Notes: generated from the letters alone by a model not told the origin. A stretch of DNA of 64,000 bases from Eledone cirrhosa (GCA_964016885.1 OZ024743.1:371256001-371320000), one strand, 5' to 3'. Shown: positions 36,590 through 50,586, counted from the first letter of the stretch. Made by a program: numbers and translations.

Positions 36590-39075
36590 CCACTTATTCC
36601 TGAGAGGGTCGTGGTGGCAGAATCCTCAAACACTACTTCCAGCAAGTCCTGTCAGAAGCAACCATCTCCAACTGATCTGGCTGGATCCCTAAGCGAGACC
36701 AGCCAAGATCATGGATGTTATCCAACCATCTTGCTTGGGGTCTGCCCCTGGGTCTCCTGCCGTTTGGTTTTGCCCATAAAATCTGTCCAGTGTTTCTTTC
36801 CTGAGACATTCTAACCACATACTGGAGCTGTGATCTCTCAATTTGGAGAAGTAGTTGTTCTACCTGGAGTGACTCTCTAATCTCTCTAATCTGAGCTACG
36901 CACTCTATCGAATAACGTTACTCCAAGGACCCTTCGGAGGAACCCCATTTCAGTCACTTGTATTCACGATCGTATTCTTTTCGTCAGGTAAGGGTTGGCA
37001 TGAATACCGAATTGAAGATAGCATGTCCAGGGCGAAAACCACACTGTTCATCACCTCCCTCCTTTCTTCTGGTTACTGAATGCTGAAGCTAGTGCATTAT
37101 TGCAGCAGCTCCTGCAATTCTTGCACTTAATTCAGCCTCCTACCTTCCATCACTCGCGAACACAGCCTCGAGATACTTGAACTTCTCTAGCTGCTTCAGT
37201 GTAACTCCATTTACATGTAGAGTGCACTGCACAGGCTTCCTTGAGAGGACAAGCCTTTCAGTTTTCGCAGCACTGATTTTCATTCCAGCCATGCAGCACT
37301 CAGCATCAAACCTGTCCAGTGCAAGTTAGACATCACCTTCCGTTGAATTAAGTAACACCATATCGTCTGTAAATTCCAGCTGGTTGATTTAGCATCTGCC
37401 AGTCATGATGCCACTTCCAACCCTGGCTGCACATGTCAATCCTGTCCATGTAAACAATTTTCTACTTTTTTACACAAGGCCAGCAATTAATCCAGTGCAT
37501 TACTGGAGCTTTATTTTATCGACCCCATAAAGATAAAATGTAAAGTTAACCTCGGTGGGATTTGAGCACAAATCATAAAGGGCCGTAACTCTATGCTGCA
37601 AAGCATGTCTCCAGCCTTCTACCGATACTGCCAATCCACTGCCCCTGTTCATTTAAATAATGCTTTCTTTATTTTTTTATTTGTTCATTTAAATAATTGT
37701 TTCTACTTTTGGCACAAGGCCAGCAATTATTCCAGTGCATTACTGGTACTTTATTTTATCGACCCCGTAAGGATGAAAGGCAAAGTTAACCTCAGCGGGA
37801 TTTGAACTCAGAATGGCAAGGGCCGTAACTCTATGCATCAAAGCATGGCATCCGACCCTCTACCGATACTGCCAATCCACTGAACAGGAGAGGTGACAGT
37901 ACGCACCCTTGGCAGAGTCTTGACTCCCACGTTGAATGGTTTTGATTTAGCACCATTTATCTGAACACAAATACTTGGGCATTTGTATAGAGATATCAGG
38001 ACAGCAAGGAGTTGACCATCCATCCCATACTGCTGCGCAACCTTCAACAGCAGGTCCTGAGGAATACAGTCATATGCCTTTTCAAGGTCGATAAAACAAG
38101 AATATACCTCTTGGCAATACTTCCACGATTTCTCAATCCACAGTGTGAATATTTGGTCAACTGTGCTGTGTCCGGGACGAAAACCACACTGTCCAGCTAG
38201 CTTGGACTCAACAATCTCTCTGCATCACTTTGCCAGACACTTCGCACAGACTTTACCAGCGAGGCTTAACAAAGCAATCCCTCTGTAATTAGAACAATCT
38301 CTCTTGTCTCCCTATTTGAAAATTGGGATTATCACTCCCGATTGCCATTGCTTAGGTGCCTTTCCAGTGATCCAAGTGGGATTTCATTTTCCCCAGCGGC
38401 CTTGCCACTTTTGAGCTCTTTAACTGCTTTTGTGACGTCAGCCTCTGAGTGTCACTGCTCCCAGATGCACCTCGTGTACATCAAGATGCTGTTGTGGTCG
38501 AGTTTAGGAGACCAGCATAATATTCTCTGCAGGTCTCTGAAGAGAGAACCACAAATATGTTTCTGATAGCAGGTGTGGAGGAGGGCTTATTACGAAGTCG
38601 GCAGATTGTCTGTCAGAACATTTTATTTGCTAATCTGAAGTTGGATTCCAGCTTAACTCCAAAGTCCTCCCATGTCTTAACTTTGGACGCCTTTACTGTC
38701 TCTGCTGCAATACTTCGTGCCTGCTTGTACCGCAAGTGCAAGGAGGAGGACTAATTTCCAAGCCAAGCTTTGTAAACCTCCATCTTCGATCTCTTGATTG
38801 AACCAAGAAGTTGTCCTGCCATCTGGCACCACACCAAGCTTCTTTCACCTACAGCACTTGACAGCTCCAGCTGAAACTGCTGCGCTGAACAATCTCCACT
38901 CTGTCTCAACATCCTCAGTTTGCTCAGGGAGTTCTTTGAATTTTGATGTAATAGTATCTGCATATCTGGTCCTAACTGCCTTATCCACCAGTGCTTCCCA
39001 TTTTATCCTGTAGGTTGCCCTGGACCTACCAGTTTCATTCATCCAATCTGACGATTGGCGCCTTTCCTTTCCCAA
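36590..39075 (-). mobile_element. Old degenerate RTE-clade LINE (different family), interrupted by SINEs
   Basis: RPRGRPQARWLDNI, FIDLEKAYD-like and NYRGIALL remnants; many stops. Confidence 0.75.
37455..37882 (-). mobile_element. Two tandem tRNA-derived SINE copies
   Basis: B box (GAGTTCAAATCC on -) and GCCTTTCATCCTTACGGGGTCGATAAAATAAAGTACCAG domain; same family at 46575-46750 (+) and 50648-50750 (-). Confidence 0.8.
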
Positions 39076-40438
39076 AAACTAAAATGACTCATGTTCTATG
39101 AAGAAATGTTTTTTCTTTTGTTGTTTTTGTTTCAGGTCCAACTCTGGTTGAACAAATTCATAATCAAAGTCGTTTTGGCCATGACATCTTAGTATAATGT
39201 AATCTGACATATACAAATGTGTTTTGAGAGAATTTGACTGCTATTTCTAATAGGTTGACTGACCGTATAGGATTCCCTGTAATTAAATATGGAGTATTAA
39301 TCTAAACAAAATTTATCTTGAGTTACACATCCCTTCTTTTTGTTACATTTTCCACATGCTTCAACTAGTCAATTGCAGCTCAGGGGAGCTTGTTTTTTTC
39401 CTATTTTTCAAACCTAGAAACAAGATAGTACTTGTGAATTATCAAATGAAATACTCAATTTCTCTGTCAATGTTCATTCACAATCAAACAGGAAAATTAC
39501 ACTTTTAATACCAAATCACCTGAAACTACTTAGAAATTTTCATAACAATCTGCCCACTATTAAAGATACTATAAACATAGGTAGCATATTTCATTAGAAA
39601 TATGGTAATAAAAGGGTTAAGTTTGATTATATTCTGAATTGGTGACTAGAAATAGTTTTGAGGCATATTTCAGTCTTTAAAACATTTTTTGTTATCCTCC
39701 AATAGTCACATTTAATCAACAATTTGTAAAAACACCAAAAAATTTTATATTTACGTAATTTCCCCTGAAAATTCCATGTATAATTTTAGAAATAATTTAG
39801 ATTTTTTTTTAAATTGAAATAGTTAAAAACAAATTTTATAATTTTTGAAAAGAAAAACAATTCCTTTAAGTTAATGTTTAAATATTTTTTATCATTCCTT
39901 AAGAGTCTGTTTCCTTATTGACATGATTTTTTTTTTTCAGGCTGTATAGATAAAAATCAGTCCTGTTCCTAAATAAGTGTTAGCTATTTTGTTCTTATTT
40001 AAGAGTAATATTAAATAATTTTTATATGGTATTGCAGTTCTATAAGACATTAGATAGAATGCTTTGCAGTATTCATTCTGGGTCTCAGTGCACAGAGTAC
40101 AAAATCTAGCTGAGGTCAGCTATGTCTTTCATATTTTCAATGATAAAGTACCACTACTGGGATCAGTTCTTTCTCACTTTCTCTCTCTTTCTGGAAGAAA
40201 TAGGCTGTTCACGCCTAGAGGGATGGGCTCCACCACATTTAACTGCCCAAGACATGCCATGTATCATTATCCCCCCCCCCCCCCCCTACAACTCCAAGAA
40301 TTACACACCCATAGCATTGGAGTATTTGGAATCTGGTGTGTGTGTTGTGTGAATTAATCTTTCTGCTTATGAATGGTTTTGATTAGAAAGAATTTTGTTG
40401 ACACAGTTCTTGAATTATATTGTCACCTGTTTTGTTAG

Positions 40439-40686
40439 GAACGATACTCAACACACCTGGCGGAAATATGTTTGGTACATCAGGAAACACAACATCAGAA
40501 TCTGGGCTGCTAGGTACACAAGCCAATGTCATAGCTGGAACAAATTTCCTGTTTAATAATCAGACAATGATGCATCCCAACTATGGAAGTGGAGATCTAC
40601 AGCAATCAAACCAGTTTGGAGGACAAAACAGATCTTTTCAACTACAAAAACCACCACCACCAGCCAGCAAACGAGGCAAACGGTAA
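40439..40686 (+). CDS. NUP58: Terminal coding exon of nucleoporin Nup58 (p58/p45, NUPL1)
   Basis: acceptor ..TGTTTTGTTAG (phase 1); FG-containing peptide ending FQLQKPPPPASKRGKR*, resembling the vertebrate NUP58 C-terminus LQLKKPPAGNKRGKR (from memory). Confidence 0.85.
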
Positions 40687-40724
40687 TGTTTGCTATGTAA
40701 AACTGACCAACAACACATTTTGTA

Positions 40725-40974
40725 AATAAATAAAAAATATCTAAAATGAAAAGAGATTTGAATGCTTCACTATCTCTCACTGTCATCCACAGAACCTGTA
40801 ATAATACACTGAATTATGACTTTTAAAAATAATTATATGCAAAAGAAAAAATTAGATACTTTTCTGTGCTATTTTTATAATAAAAAAAAGACATTGTATT
40901 TTTTCCCTCTTACAGAATCCATTTGACTTCATCTATTGTAATTTTTCCATTCTCATTAAACATCTAAAATAAAA
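40725..40974 (+). promoter_or_regulatory. Candidate AATAAA polyadenylation signals of the Nup58 3' UTR
   Basis: AATAAA at ~40725, ~40879, ~40968; the last is followed by a T/GT-rich tract. Confidence 0.5.
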
Positions 40975-41289
40975 CAACTTTATGTGCATTACTCTATTTT
41001 TGTTTCTTAAACTTTGTTTACTATTTCAGTACATTCCTTCATCTGACAACCAGAGAATTTTTGCAAGGTAGAACAAGACTGCTTTTGGTCTCTGGCAGGT
41101 GTAGAGAGCTTCTATTGAAATTTCAGAAGGCTGAGAGATTTTTCTTGTATGAGAAGTGGCTGAGAGCTATTATAAGGCCTGCTTACAAGAAAATGTTTCA
41201 TCTCCAAAATTAAAGTTAATTACCTAAAAAATTAGCTTATCAATTTAATTTTTAAAATGATTTTTGCAGGAAGATATATATCTCTTGGC

Positions 41290-42290
41290 TCCTCTCCAAA
41301 ATCTTCAAACCTTTCCTAGACATGTCAGCAACTCCAATGATGTCATTCAAAGACTCCATTTCCTTGAACCAGCCCAACTTGAATATAACAGATTTACCTT
41401 TAACCCCAACGTCATCTCTGTTTACACTTCCCCAGTGACCAACTGCATCATCTCTTCTGATTTTTACTGCTTCAGTCTCACTGACCTTGATATCCATCAA
41501 CTTCTATCTATCATCATCAAAAATACCTACGTTACTTCCCACAATCACACCTACGAATCAACAGGTCCACCCATAGGATCCAGCTTTTCAGGCCAGAAAC
41601 ATTGAGCACTCAACACCTGCCATTCCTGTGCCTGCTTCACCAGATATGTATTTGATATACTCATTCTCACATCTTCCTGTGAACAAGCCAACAAAACATT
41701 CAGAATGTTCTCTAACATGGATAACATACAGTTCAGCATAAACCATCCTGATGACACTGGATCCCTGTCGCCTTTTTGTACACTACAAATCAGCCTTTCC
41801 TTTCAGTACTAAGACTGAATGAAATCACACACATCTGGAATAAATGCAACAAGGCAGAGGACTGGGCCATCCATATTATACATTTCTTAAAGCATTCACC
41901 ACCAGTCATCTTCAGGGCCCTAAACATAAGACATCTTCCAACACCTATTTGCTGAAGTTGCCACACTTCAATGACAAGATAGCCATGGTTATCTACAGAA
42001 TGGGATTGTATATACAGTTAGCTAACTGTGGCCTCTCAATGTGGAAATGATTATAAAAAAAAGGCATGAACATAACTAGTACACTATATATACAATGCAC
42101 CAAATTCTACATCAGTGACACAATCAAACTACTACATATCCTTGTCAAAGAACATAAATGAAAATTTAACAATATTGAAGCCGGGGATAGGAATACTGTT
42201 ATCTCAGAATGAAAGAATCTATTCTAATAGCTAAACTCAAACACCATACAAACAACAGGCTTGAATTCAATATCCAGTGGCTAACGTCAA
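41290..42290 (+). mobile_element. Highly degenerate PLE, related to 47580-49820
   Basis: CFSLTDLDIHQLLSIIIKNTY...GPPIGSSFSG resembles CFGLTTTDIHQLLSIVVDNTY...GLPMGSSLSG. Confidence 0.75.
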
Positions 42291-42559
42291 CAGACTCAAT
42301 ACCACACTTCATTCTACTTCAAAAGCAGATACAACCATAGTTTAAAACACATAGCATGTGATCCGGTCACTACTTCCAGCATTGGAAAAAAAACATCACT
42401 TTCAAATTAAAAAATGGCAGCATATGAGCAACAAGATATTCCTGCTCCAAATTAGTTTCCTCAATTATTCATTTGATAAAGGGATTTTATCCCAAAATAT
42501 ATACATTTTAAACAATAGGTGTTATGAACTGAGTCATGAACCACATCTATTTGCACCCT

Positions 42560-42790
42560 AACCCCTTCACTGAAATCATTGATAGCTCTCACTTTCCTAG
42601 CCGAAACTCTGCAGATGGCTTGCACAGCTCTTAGAAACTATTTGTCTATGCCTAAATTACTTAAGGCCAGCCTTACTAAGGTGTGTTGTATTCTGTCAAA
42701 AGCTTTTCCTAGATCAACGAATGCTAGATATGGTGATTCTTTCTTTGTTAGAAATTTCTCTTGCAGTTGTCTGACCAGGAAAAGAGCATA
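42560..42790 (-). mobile_element. RTE RT fragment
   Basis: ALFLVRQLQEKF..AFVDLGKAFD remnant. Confidence 0.7.
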
Positions 42791-43027
42791 AGTGTATATA
42801 TATATATATGGGATAACAAATTATCGTTATAGGTAATCCAGTTAGAAGTTGTGAATACTCCGTATTGTGGATAGTTTTAGCGTACAGCTTTGTTTGACTC
42901 AACAAGAAGTTTTCTTAGGTAGCGAGTTTGTGAGTTCTCAGGAATTCCTATGCAAGTTAATCTTGGAGTAATAATAATGAAAGAGTGAAGAATAACATGG
43001 TCAACAGTACAAAAAGGGTTTTATTTA

Positions 43028-43140
43028 CAGTATTAACAATTGTTTCATTGATTAAGTTGTCTAAAAATTGCTAATCACTTGAAGTTGTGTCACTCAATTT
43101 TAAATACAATGTATGCTTAACCAAATCATCAGAAAAACTG
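43028..43140 (-). ncRNA. Type I hammerhead with extended stem II
   Basis: inverted copy of 45537-45648. Confidence 0.68.
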
Positions 43141-45536
43141 ATTAAAATTATACACAGCGTTTGTAATATACTAGGAAAATTCAAATTACAACATCAGCAA
43201 TAAAGAAAAAGAGAAAATAATAAATAAATTATAATAAATTATAATGAAGATGATAAAAAATAAATTAAAAAATTGTATATGTATGCGAAGAAAAGTGAAC
43301 ATAATATGATTGTTGAAAATAGTTGTGGTGTTGGTGGTTAAAATATAAAGATGTGATGGTATAAACATGAAAATATTAAATATATACATATATGTATTGG
43401 TTAAATTAATAAATTAATAAATTGGAAGTTATGTTAGAAGTGAAGAGAATACAATAGGATATAATGTAAGAGGTGAAATAGATTTAGGGAAAGAGAATGA
43501 AAGAGAGAAGAGTTAGGAGGTTATGATGTTGATTTATTGACAGTTAATAATAACAACAATGGGTTATTATAATAGACTCAGGTGGTACAATTTGAATTAT
43601 GGAATTGTTGGCTCGAATCAAGTTGGTTTGAAATTAGCGAATTTAGTAGATGCTTTATGCCTACAGAAAATTAACCGTTCAATTTTGCTGTTAAGCAGCA
43701 TTTTGTCATATTTTAAAATATGGAGCAACTCCATATTGCAAAGTCCGCAGTGGGACATTCCATTTCTGTAGGCCTTTGCCCCTGACAATTTCGACCAGCT
43801 AATCCAGTATTCTTGGTTTGTATCTTTAAGCTGTCAGATTTTATTGGCGAGCGTTTTGTGTTTATTAGTCTACGGTTCTTTATAGAGTGTCTGTGGATGT
43901 ACCATCTTTTTTTTAACTCCCCCGCCGTAGAACCTATGTAGTGCCATGCTAAGTTGCCTGAATTTATAGTACACAGGTACACTACATTTGACTCCAGGCA
44001 TCTATTTTGTAGTGGGCACTTATCCGGTAAGTGACAGTTACATTTTGAGGCTTTACTGTGTGCCGGTTCAACGATGCAGTTTTGTATGTTGTTATGTATG
44101 GGCTGAGATTTGGGTTTGTTGATGTTTTGTTGTGATGCATTTTGACGTGTGTGGTTGTGTGGTTGTTATGTGTTTGTGTTTTCTATTTGGTGTTATGGTG
44201 TTTATTTGTAGGTTATTTGCATTATAGATTCTTTTATAGTTAATTTTATGTATGTGTGATTCTATGTTGGTTGCAGTAGAATAAGATAGTTTGATAGTAT
44301 TTCTATTAAAGATTTTATGGTATTTGTGAAGTTTAGGGAAGTGCTTATCAATTAATTTAAAGAATGTAGAAGGTAGTTTGGTTTTTATAGAGGAGTTAAA
44401 TATTGGATTGAACCATAAGTATTTCCTATCTCTGGATCTTCTATAGTCCCTAGGGTCCTTATATTAGTATTCAGTTCATTTATTTCTGGTGCTCGTCTAT
44501 TTCTATGTTTAGTCCTATATTTGTTATTTCTAGAGGTGTGGGTGGTGTTATTGCTGTTAAGTGTGTTGTTGTTTGTATCTGGTATGTATTTGAGCCTCTC
44601 TTTGTGGCCTGCCTTAAGTAAAGCTATGTTGTAGTAGTTCGCGTGGTCATTAAAAATCTCTAGGTTAGAAGATAAGTGTGAAATTCTAAGGGATATATTA
44701 TGTGCTATGGAGTTAATTGTGGAGCGAGGGTGGTTTGAGTTATAACTAATGTAGGCTAGATTTTCGTTATTTTTATGGAAGGGCTCTATTAGTCCTGTGT
44801 TTAGGTTGAATGATACATCCAAGAAGTTAGCTTTTTTAGAGTTGAGTTCGAAAGTGATGCTTAGCTCTAGTTTATTGAAGAAGGTTCTTATCTTTTTACG
44901 TGTTTCCAGGTTTTGATTATTTAAGTTTTTAGCTAAAAGTAGTGTATTGTCTCTATAAATTCCTCCCTGGAGGTTATCAAATTCCTTATGTAAGATATGT
45001 GCTATATATATTCCAACTATGTCTGTTACTTGATATCCCATAGTGATATCAAAGTTATTCTGTCTGTTTTTTTCTTTTCCAGTAACTATTATTGAACCTA
45101 ATGATAGTTCTTCTAGCAGCTAATATTATTCAAATTTCATTCTCTTTCCTTAAATATATTTCACCTCTTACATTATATCCTATTGTATTCTCTTCACTTC
45201 TAACATAACTTCCAATTTATTAATTTATTAATTTAACCAATACATATATGTATATATTTAATATTTTCATGTTTATACCATCACATCTTTATATTTTAAC
45301 CACCAACACCACAACTATTTTCAACAATCATATTATGTTCACTTTTCTTCGCACACATATACATTTTTTTATCATCTTCATTATAACTTATTTATTATTA
45401 TTTATTTATTATTTTTTCTTTTTCTTTTACTTTCTTTTTCTTCTTTCTTTTTCTCTATCTTTTTCTTTTTTCTTTATTAATGATGTTGTAATTTGAATTT
45501 CCCTAGTATATTACAAACGCTGTGTATAATTTTAAT

Positions 45537-45648
45537 CAGTTTTTCTGATGATTTGGTTAAGCATGCATTGTATTTAAAATTGAGTGACACAACTTCAAGT
45601 GATTAGCAATTTTTAGACAACTAATCAATGAAACAATTGTTAATACTG
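45537..45648 (+). ncRNA. Type I hammerhead with extended stem II
   Basis: CAGTTTTT-CTGATGA-TTTGGTTA..~60 nt..TAATCAAT-GAAA-CAATTG-TT-AATACTG. Confidence 0.68.
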
Positions 45649-45714
45649 TAAATAAAACCCTTTTTGTACTGTTGACCATGTTATTCTTCACTCTTTCACT
45701 ATATATATATATAA

Positions 45715-46210
45715 GACCCACCTTCCCATGAGCACAGGCTGAAACATACATATAGTATTCAGCTCCACCCCTCTCCCATGAGCTCATACATCTGGTATAC
45801 ACCATCTTCACTTTCATCCCCCTTCCATACACCTCCCACGTCCTAACACTCCGCTTCTCACACATGCTCATATATCCACATCCTAACACTCCCCCGACAC
45901 ACACTGAAAGGTGGTCGTGTAGGTTTCATGATAAAAAGCATCCAGCCCACACTAACGTGGTCGTGTAGGTGTCACAACGGGAAGCACCCAGCCCACAATG
46001 TAAATTGGTCGTGTAGGTGTCATGACAAAAAGCACCCAGTACTCACAGTAAATGTAGTTGGCATTAAGAAGGGCATCCAGCCATAGAAACCAAGCTAAAA
46101 TCAGTTCTGTATGAGCAAGACATGGTCATCTGACCTCAACTTGCCTCAAATAAGACAACCCATGTAACCCATGCTAGCATGGAAAATGAATGTTAAACAA
46201 TGATGATGAT
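45715..46210 (+). mobile_element. RTE 3' UTR fragment (family B-related) with three repeat modules
   Basis: GTCGTGTAGGTGTCA..AAAAAGCACCCAG modules, AAGAAGGGCATCCAGC, CCATGCTAGCATGG, (TGA)n. Confidence 0.8.
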
Positions 46211-46379
46211 ATATATATATATAATATATATAAATATGTTGTTTTTGCCGAGAATAAGTAAGTGACATAGTCACTACTTTAAAACTCATAGCGAATGGTC
46301 TTCTAAATGTTTTTAATTAAACATACAGTATATTGCTAAATATACTATACATTCATTCATATATATATATATATATATA

Positions 46380-47150
46380 CTAGCCGAATTACCTGTGCCT
46401 TGTTGCGTTGTACACATTTTTTTTGTAAGAAAATGATGATTGATTTTAAATCAGTGATATAATTTATGGAGAAAACTCTGCGTTTCAATATTACTCAATG
46501 TAAAATGTAATGCATGAAAAATTGGAAAACATTATTTTTTGTAATATATCAAATCAAAATTACATTATTAAATCTTTGATAGAGGGTTGGACGCCATGCT
46601 TTCTAGCATAGTTACGTCTCTTTACGGTCTGAGTTCAAATCCCGTCGAGGTTAACTTTGCCTTTCATCCTTACGGGGTCGATAAAATAAAGTACCAGTAA
46701 TGTACTGGATAAATGTGCCAATTTTGTGCCAAAAGTAGAAACAATTATTAAATCTTATTCTTATTTTGTTTCTTGTAAATAATTCAAAACTTTTGTGAAT
46801 AGGCATCATATCTTGTCATTTACCTATGGTTTAAATTTCATATAAATCGAAGGGAAAACATTTTCAGCTAGGGTTTGTGCCTCTGGAGAACCCTAATAGG
46901 GAGTTTAACCTCCATTAGGGTGTCGTAATATTATTGAAATTTGCTGAAATTTTGTGAATAGGCATATTTACCTATAGTTTAAATTTCATATAAATCGAAG
47001 GGAAAAAATTTCAGCCTGGGGTTGTGCCCCCAGGGAACCCTTTGATTATCCAAGTACCCTGGGCAATGTAGTTTCAGAATATATATGGTTATGGGGGTCT
47101 ATCCCCAAAACCATAGGAGTAGTTTGTGAACAAACAAACAGACAGGAATA
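46380..47150 (-). mobile_element. Helitron-like non-autonomous element with SINE inside (46575-46750)
   Basis: CTAG terminus at 46380; internal ~110-bp tandem duplication; ACAAACAAACAGACAG end resembles 53645-53660. Confidence 0.45.
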
Positions 47151-47152
47151 TA

Positions 47153-47492
47153 TCATCATTTTGATCATCATTTTACGTCCACTTTTCCCTGCTTGCAAGG
47201 GTGGGGCGGGAACTGATTCTGGCTTGATTTCTACAGCTGTATGCCCTTCCTAACACCAACCTCATTTACAGTGAGTGCTGGGTGCTTTTTTGCCGTGGCA
47301 CCTCCACGACCACTTTGCAGTGGAATGATAGGGACCCAATCCCTATCATCTCATTTCTACAGCTGAGTAAACTGGAGCAATGTGAAATAAAGTGTCTTGC
47401 TCAAAGAAACAACACATCACCCGGTCTGAGAATTGAACTCACAATCTTTCGATTGCAAGGCCAATGCTCTAACCACTAAGCCATGTGCCTCC
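47153..47492 (-). mobile_element. tRNA-derived SINE with RTE tail (second copy)
   Basis: reverse-complement match to 28933-29259, with fuller head GGAGGCACATGGCTTAGTGG. Confidence 0.87.
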
Positions 47493-47579
47493 ATATATAT
47501 ATATATTGAGTACGCTGAGATACAACCGGTCCTGGCATTGATAAATATGCTGGGTCCGTCAACTCATTATATATATATA

Positions 47580-49822
47580 TATGGTAAATATCTTTAAGTC
47601 GTTTGGAAGCCTCGACAATGCAAATGGGTAAATCTCCGGGTAACAAGATCTGGTGGTGGAGAGAGAGATGTAAGTGGGTGTACGTTGAGATGCATGGTGT
47701 GTATAAGACGTGTAGAAGAATGAAGGAAAGAGTATAAAGGATAAAATAAAAATAAGAACACGAGAGAGAGTTACCTTGGGAATGATTTAATTGTCCCTAT
47801 ATATTTCGGATTCACATCCATCAACTGGGGGTTTTTTCCGGGGTGGGGGAAAGGTTGTCTGTCGGAAAGGTGCGAAACGCGTCCTCCGCTGTTCGTTGTT
47901 TTGAATATCTGAGGTATTCAGCAGAGCGCGCGTGCGCGTGAAATGGGGTCGGTCGGGCAGAGGTCAGCGGCCGAATGTGGGAGTGGGGTGGTGCTAGCTG
48001 TCAGTCCATTCTCTGCCTGTTTGTTAAATGTTACTGTGTGTGTGTGTGCGTGTGTTGTTGTCTCGCTTGAGTGTGTGTGTGTGTGTTGTTGCCTTGTTCC
48101 TCTGTATTGGCAGTGTAGTATGTTCGTATGGTGGAATGCTACTGTGTGCGTGTGCGTGTGTAGTTGTCTCGTTTGTGTGTGTGTGTGCGTGTGTTGCTGC
48201 ATCGTTTGTTAACTTAAACCAGCCACTTCATTTCGCTTCTCTCGGATCGATTGTTTATTTGCGGTGCAAGGCGTTTGATAAAAAGCGCTTCCTTGATACG
48301 TAACGTGCCAACGTTTCTTTCAGTCGCTAGAATTGTGACAATGGGCCTTCCGTCTTTGTTTCCGCATTTGTCTATGTGTTTCCGGAAAGACGAGGCCCTG
48401 GTTTTAGTGTGTTCCTTGATCCGGATGTGCAAAGGTCGGATTGTGCTACCTATGTAGTATTGGTTGCACCTGTCACATTCTATCTTATACACGACGTATG
48501 TGCGTAGGCAACAGTTCGCATTGCGTATCGGGCAGTCTCTGAGGGAGCATGCGTCAGTAGATTTCCCGGGTTTCCTGGAGAGGCATCTTCGCAGGGAGGG
48601 GCCCGAGTGGGCCAGGTGGATGTCGAGGCCCTCCCTCCGTATAGCCTTGCGGATAGCGTTGGTGGTATTCTCGCCCAGGTGTGGCATTTTAAGGAAGCAC
48701 TTGCCTTGGGTGCCTCTCTGTCTCTTGCGTCTGGCGTCTCCCACTCTGTCTGTGAGCGAGGTAGGGTACCCATTCGTCTCCAGCACCTCGAGGAATCGCT
48801 TGGTATGTGTGACACCACTCGCGGGATCGCTGCATCTGTTTTTGATTCGCGCGATCTCGTTCGTGATGTATCCTCTTTTGGCCTTTCAGTAGAAGTTGCA
48901 GTGGATCCTTCCCTGTTCCGTGATGTTGATTCGGAAGTCGAGGAGAGCAAGTGACCCGTCTTCGTTGGGGTGTTCAACACTGAAGTCAATGTTCTCGTCC
49001 GTGTTGTTGAACGTCTCATAGATTCTGTTCGCTGTGTCTTGGGAAGATGTGAGGATGGGAATATCGTCCACGTACCTTGAGAAAAAGGCGACGGCGTTGG
49101 GGTGGCAAGCGTTGAGTGCCTTGCGCTCGAGGTTGTCCATGTAAGAGATCGCTAGCACACCCGACAGGCTTGATCCCATGGGCAATCCCGAGGTTTGTTG
49201 GTATGTTTGGTCAAGGAATCCGAAGTAGGTGTTGTCGACGACGATGGATAGGAGTTGGTGGATGTCAGTGGTGGTGAGCCCGAAGCAGTGTAGGTCGGTG
49301 GATTGGACGCGTTCCATCAGTATATTGACGGCCGGGAGTGCCGGGACCGAGGTGTAGAGAGCGACTACATCAAGGCTGAAGGCATATCTGTTATCCTTTC
49401 TGGTGTCGGGATCCATTTGATGCAGGCGCTTCAACACCTCCTCGGAGCTGTTAACGTGTCCCGGCAAGGTGTCTAAGATGGGTTTGAGTATTCTGGCTAG
49501 GAGCCATGAAATTTTGTAGAGTGGTCCCTCCACGCTCGATACAATGGGCCTGATCTTCAGGTTGGGTCCCTGTTTATGTGTTTTCATGAGGTGGTAGAAG
49601 GCGGGTAGTCTGCTGTTCCTCGTGAGGAGGTTGTATCTCAGCTTCTTCGGGAGCTTCCGCTGGTCGCAGATGTTGGTCCAGGCGGCGTTGATGTGCTCTT
49701 CTATCTGCGCGGGAGTGATTCCCATGACCTTGGAGTAGAGGTTGTCATCGTCAAGGTGTTGGAGGGCCAGGGTGTTGTAGGCCTCTCTGCTGATGACGCA
49801 GAATTCTTTTCCCTTGTCGGAT
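47580..49822 (-). mobile_element. PLE, RT and GIY-YIG, 5'-truncated, one frameshift/deletion
   Basis: IRPIVS, SLDVVALYTSVP, GLPMGSSLS, RYVDDI; VVYKIECDRCNQYYIGST; degenerate hammerhead-like motif 47795-47830. Confidence 0.93.
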
Positions 49823-50002
49823 ATATATATATATAGGCTGGAGACATATGGTGGTGGATAGATCATTCTGAAATAACTCCTATTGCAAATGGGATATAAC
49901 GCACCAGTTCTACTCTCAGGAAGTGAGATCCCATAATATCCTGGCATATGGTTCAAATACTTAATTTTGTATTAACAATTGTATATTAAAAAAAAAAGAA
50001 AA

Positions 50003-50586
50003 TGGTTACAAATGGTAGAAAACCCCTCTGTCTACACTAAATACAACAGCCAAATAACGGCAATTTTACCACCTATTAATATTGCAGCGCTCTCTAGACG
50101 AGGGAAGTAGCTGGAGTTACTTCCCGTTGAAATTCCAGAAACTTCCTTGTAATTTCCGCCCAGGGAACTATAAAAGAGGGAGCTCAAAGCTATCTTTCTC
50201 TCTTTTCACCTCTTGGCCGCCTGGCCTAGTAAGGCCAGGCATGGTTACGCCAAAGGTATACTCTCTTTCTGGCGGTTTCTTCTCAAGCTGACAACACCGA
50301 GCACAAGCATGATAACATTCTTCGAATCACACCTCATGGTTCTGGACTATACCTCATAATGCTACGTAGACATTTGTTTACTACACTTTTGTAATATGGA
50401 CTACAAATAAATCAAGTTACCTTTGATATTCGGTTGAGAAATTGTTATGCTTTAATCATTACCTTTTGTAGTGAGAGATGACTCACACGAAACACGAATT
50501 TGTAGGAAGATCTCCTATCCTTTTTTCTTTATTAAATTTAGTAGTTGGATTCCGGTAGTACTCACTGGAGTGAGTAACCCTAAAAG
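50003..50586 (+). mobile_element. Putative LTR of an LTR retrotransposon (5' boundary uncertain, ~50003 or ~50083)
   Basis: TATAAAA at ~50169, AATAAA at ~50406, immediately followed by a tRNA-Trp PBS; terminal dinucleotides not canonical. Confidence 0.5.

Larger units (their letters stand above)
42975..45700 (-). mobile_element. PLE (RT C-terminal half and GIY-YIG) flanked by ~530-bp inverted pLTRs
   Basis: GGIYRDN, NFLDVSF, SNHP; CNCHLPDKCP, VYLC..YIGST; 42975-43505 is the inverted copy of 45140-45700. Confidence 0.9.

Noticed and set aside
39120-39960. Polypyrimidine-CAG acceptors at ~39135 and ~39940 as further Nup58 exons
   Set aside because: Followed by early stops and no FG or coiled-coil-like peptide
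42870-42945. Minus-strand CTGAGAA..CTCA/TGAG hammerhead-like string
   Set aside because: No GAAA and no convincing stems I or III
47507-47567. Nested hairpin TGAGT..CCTGGCAT/ATGCTGGG..ACTCA between TA tracts
   Set aside because: Single instance with no ribozyme core; cannot be supported
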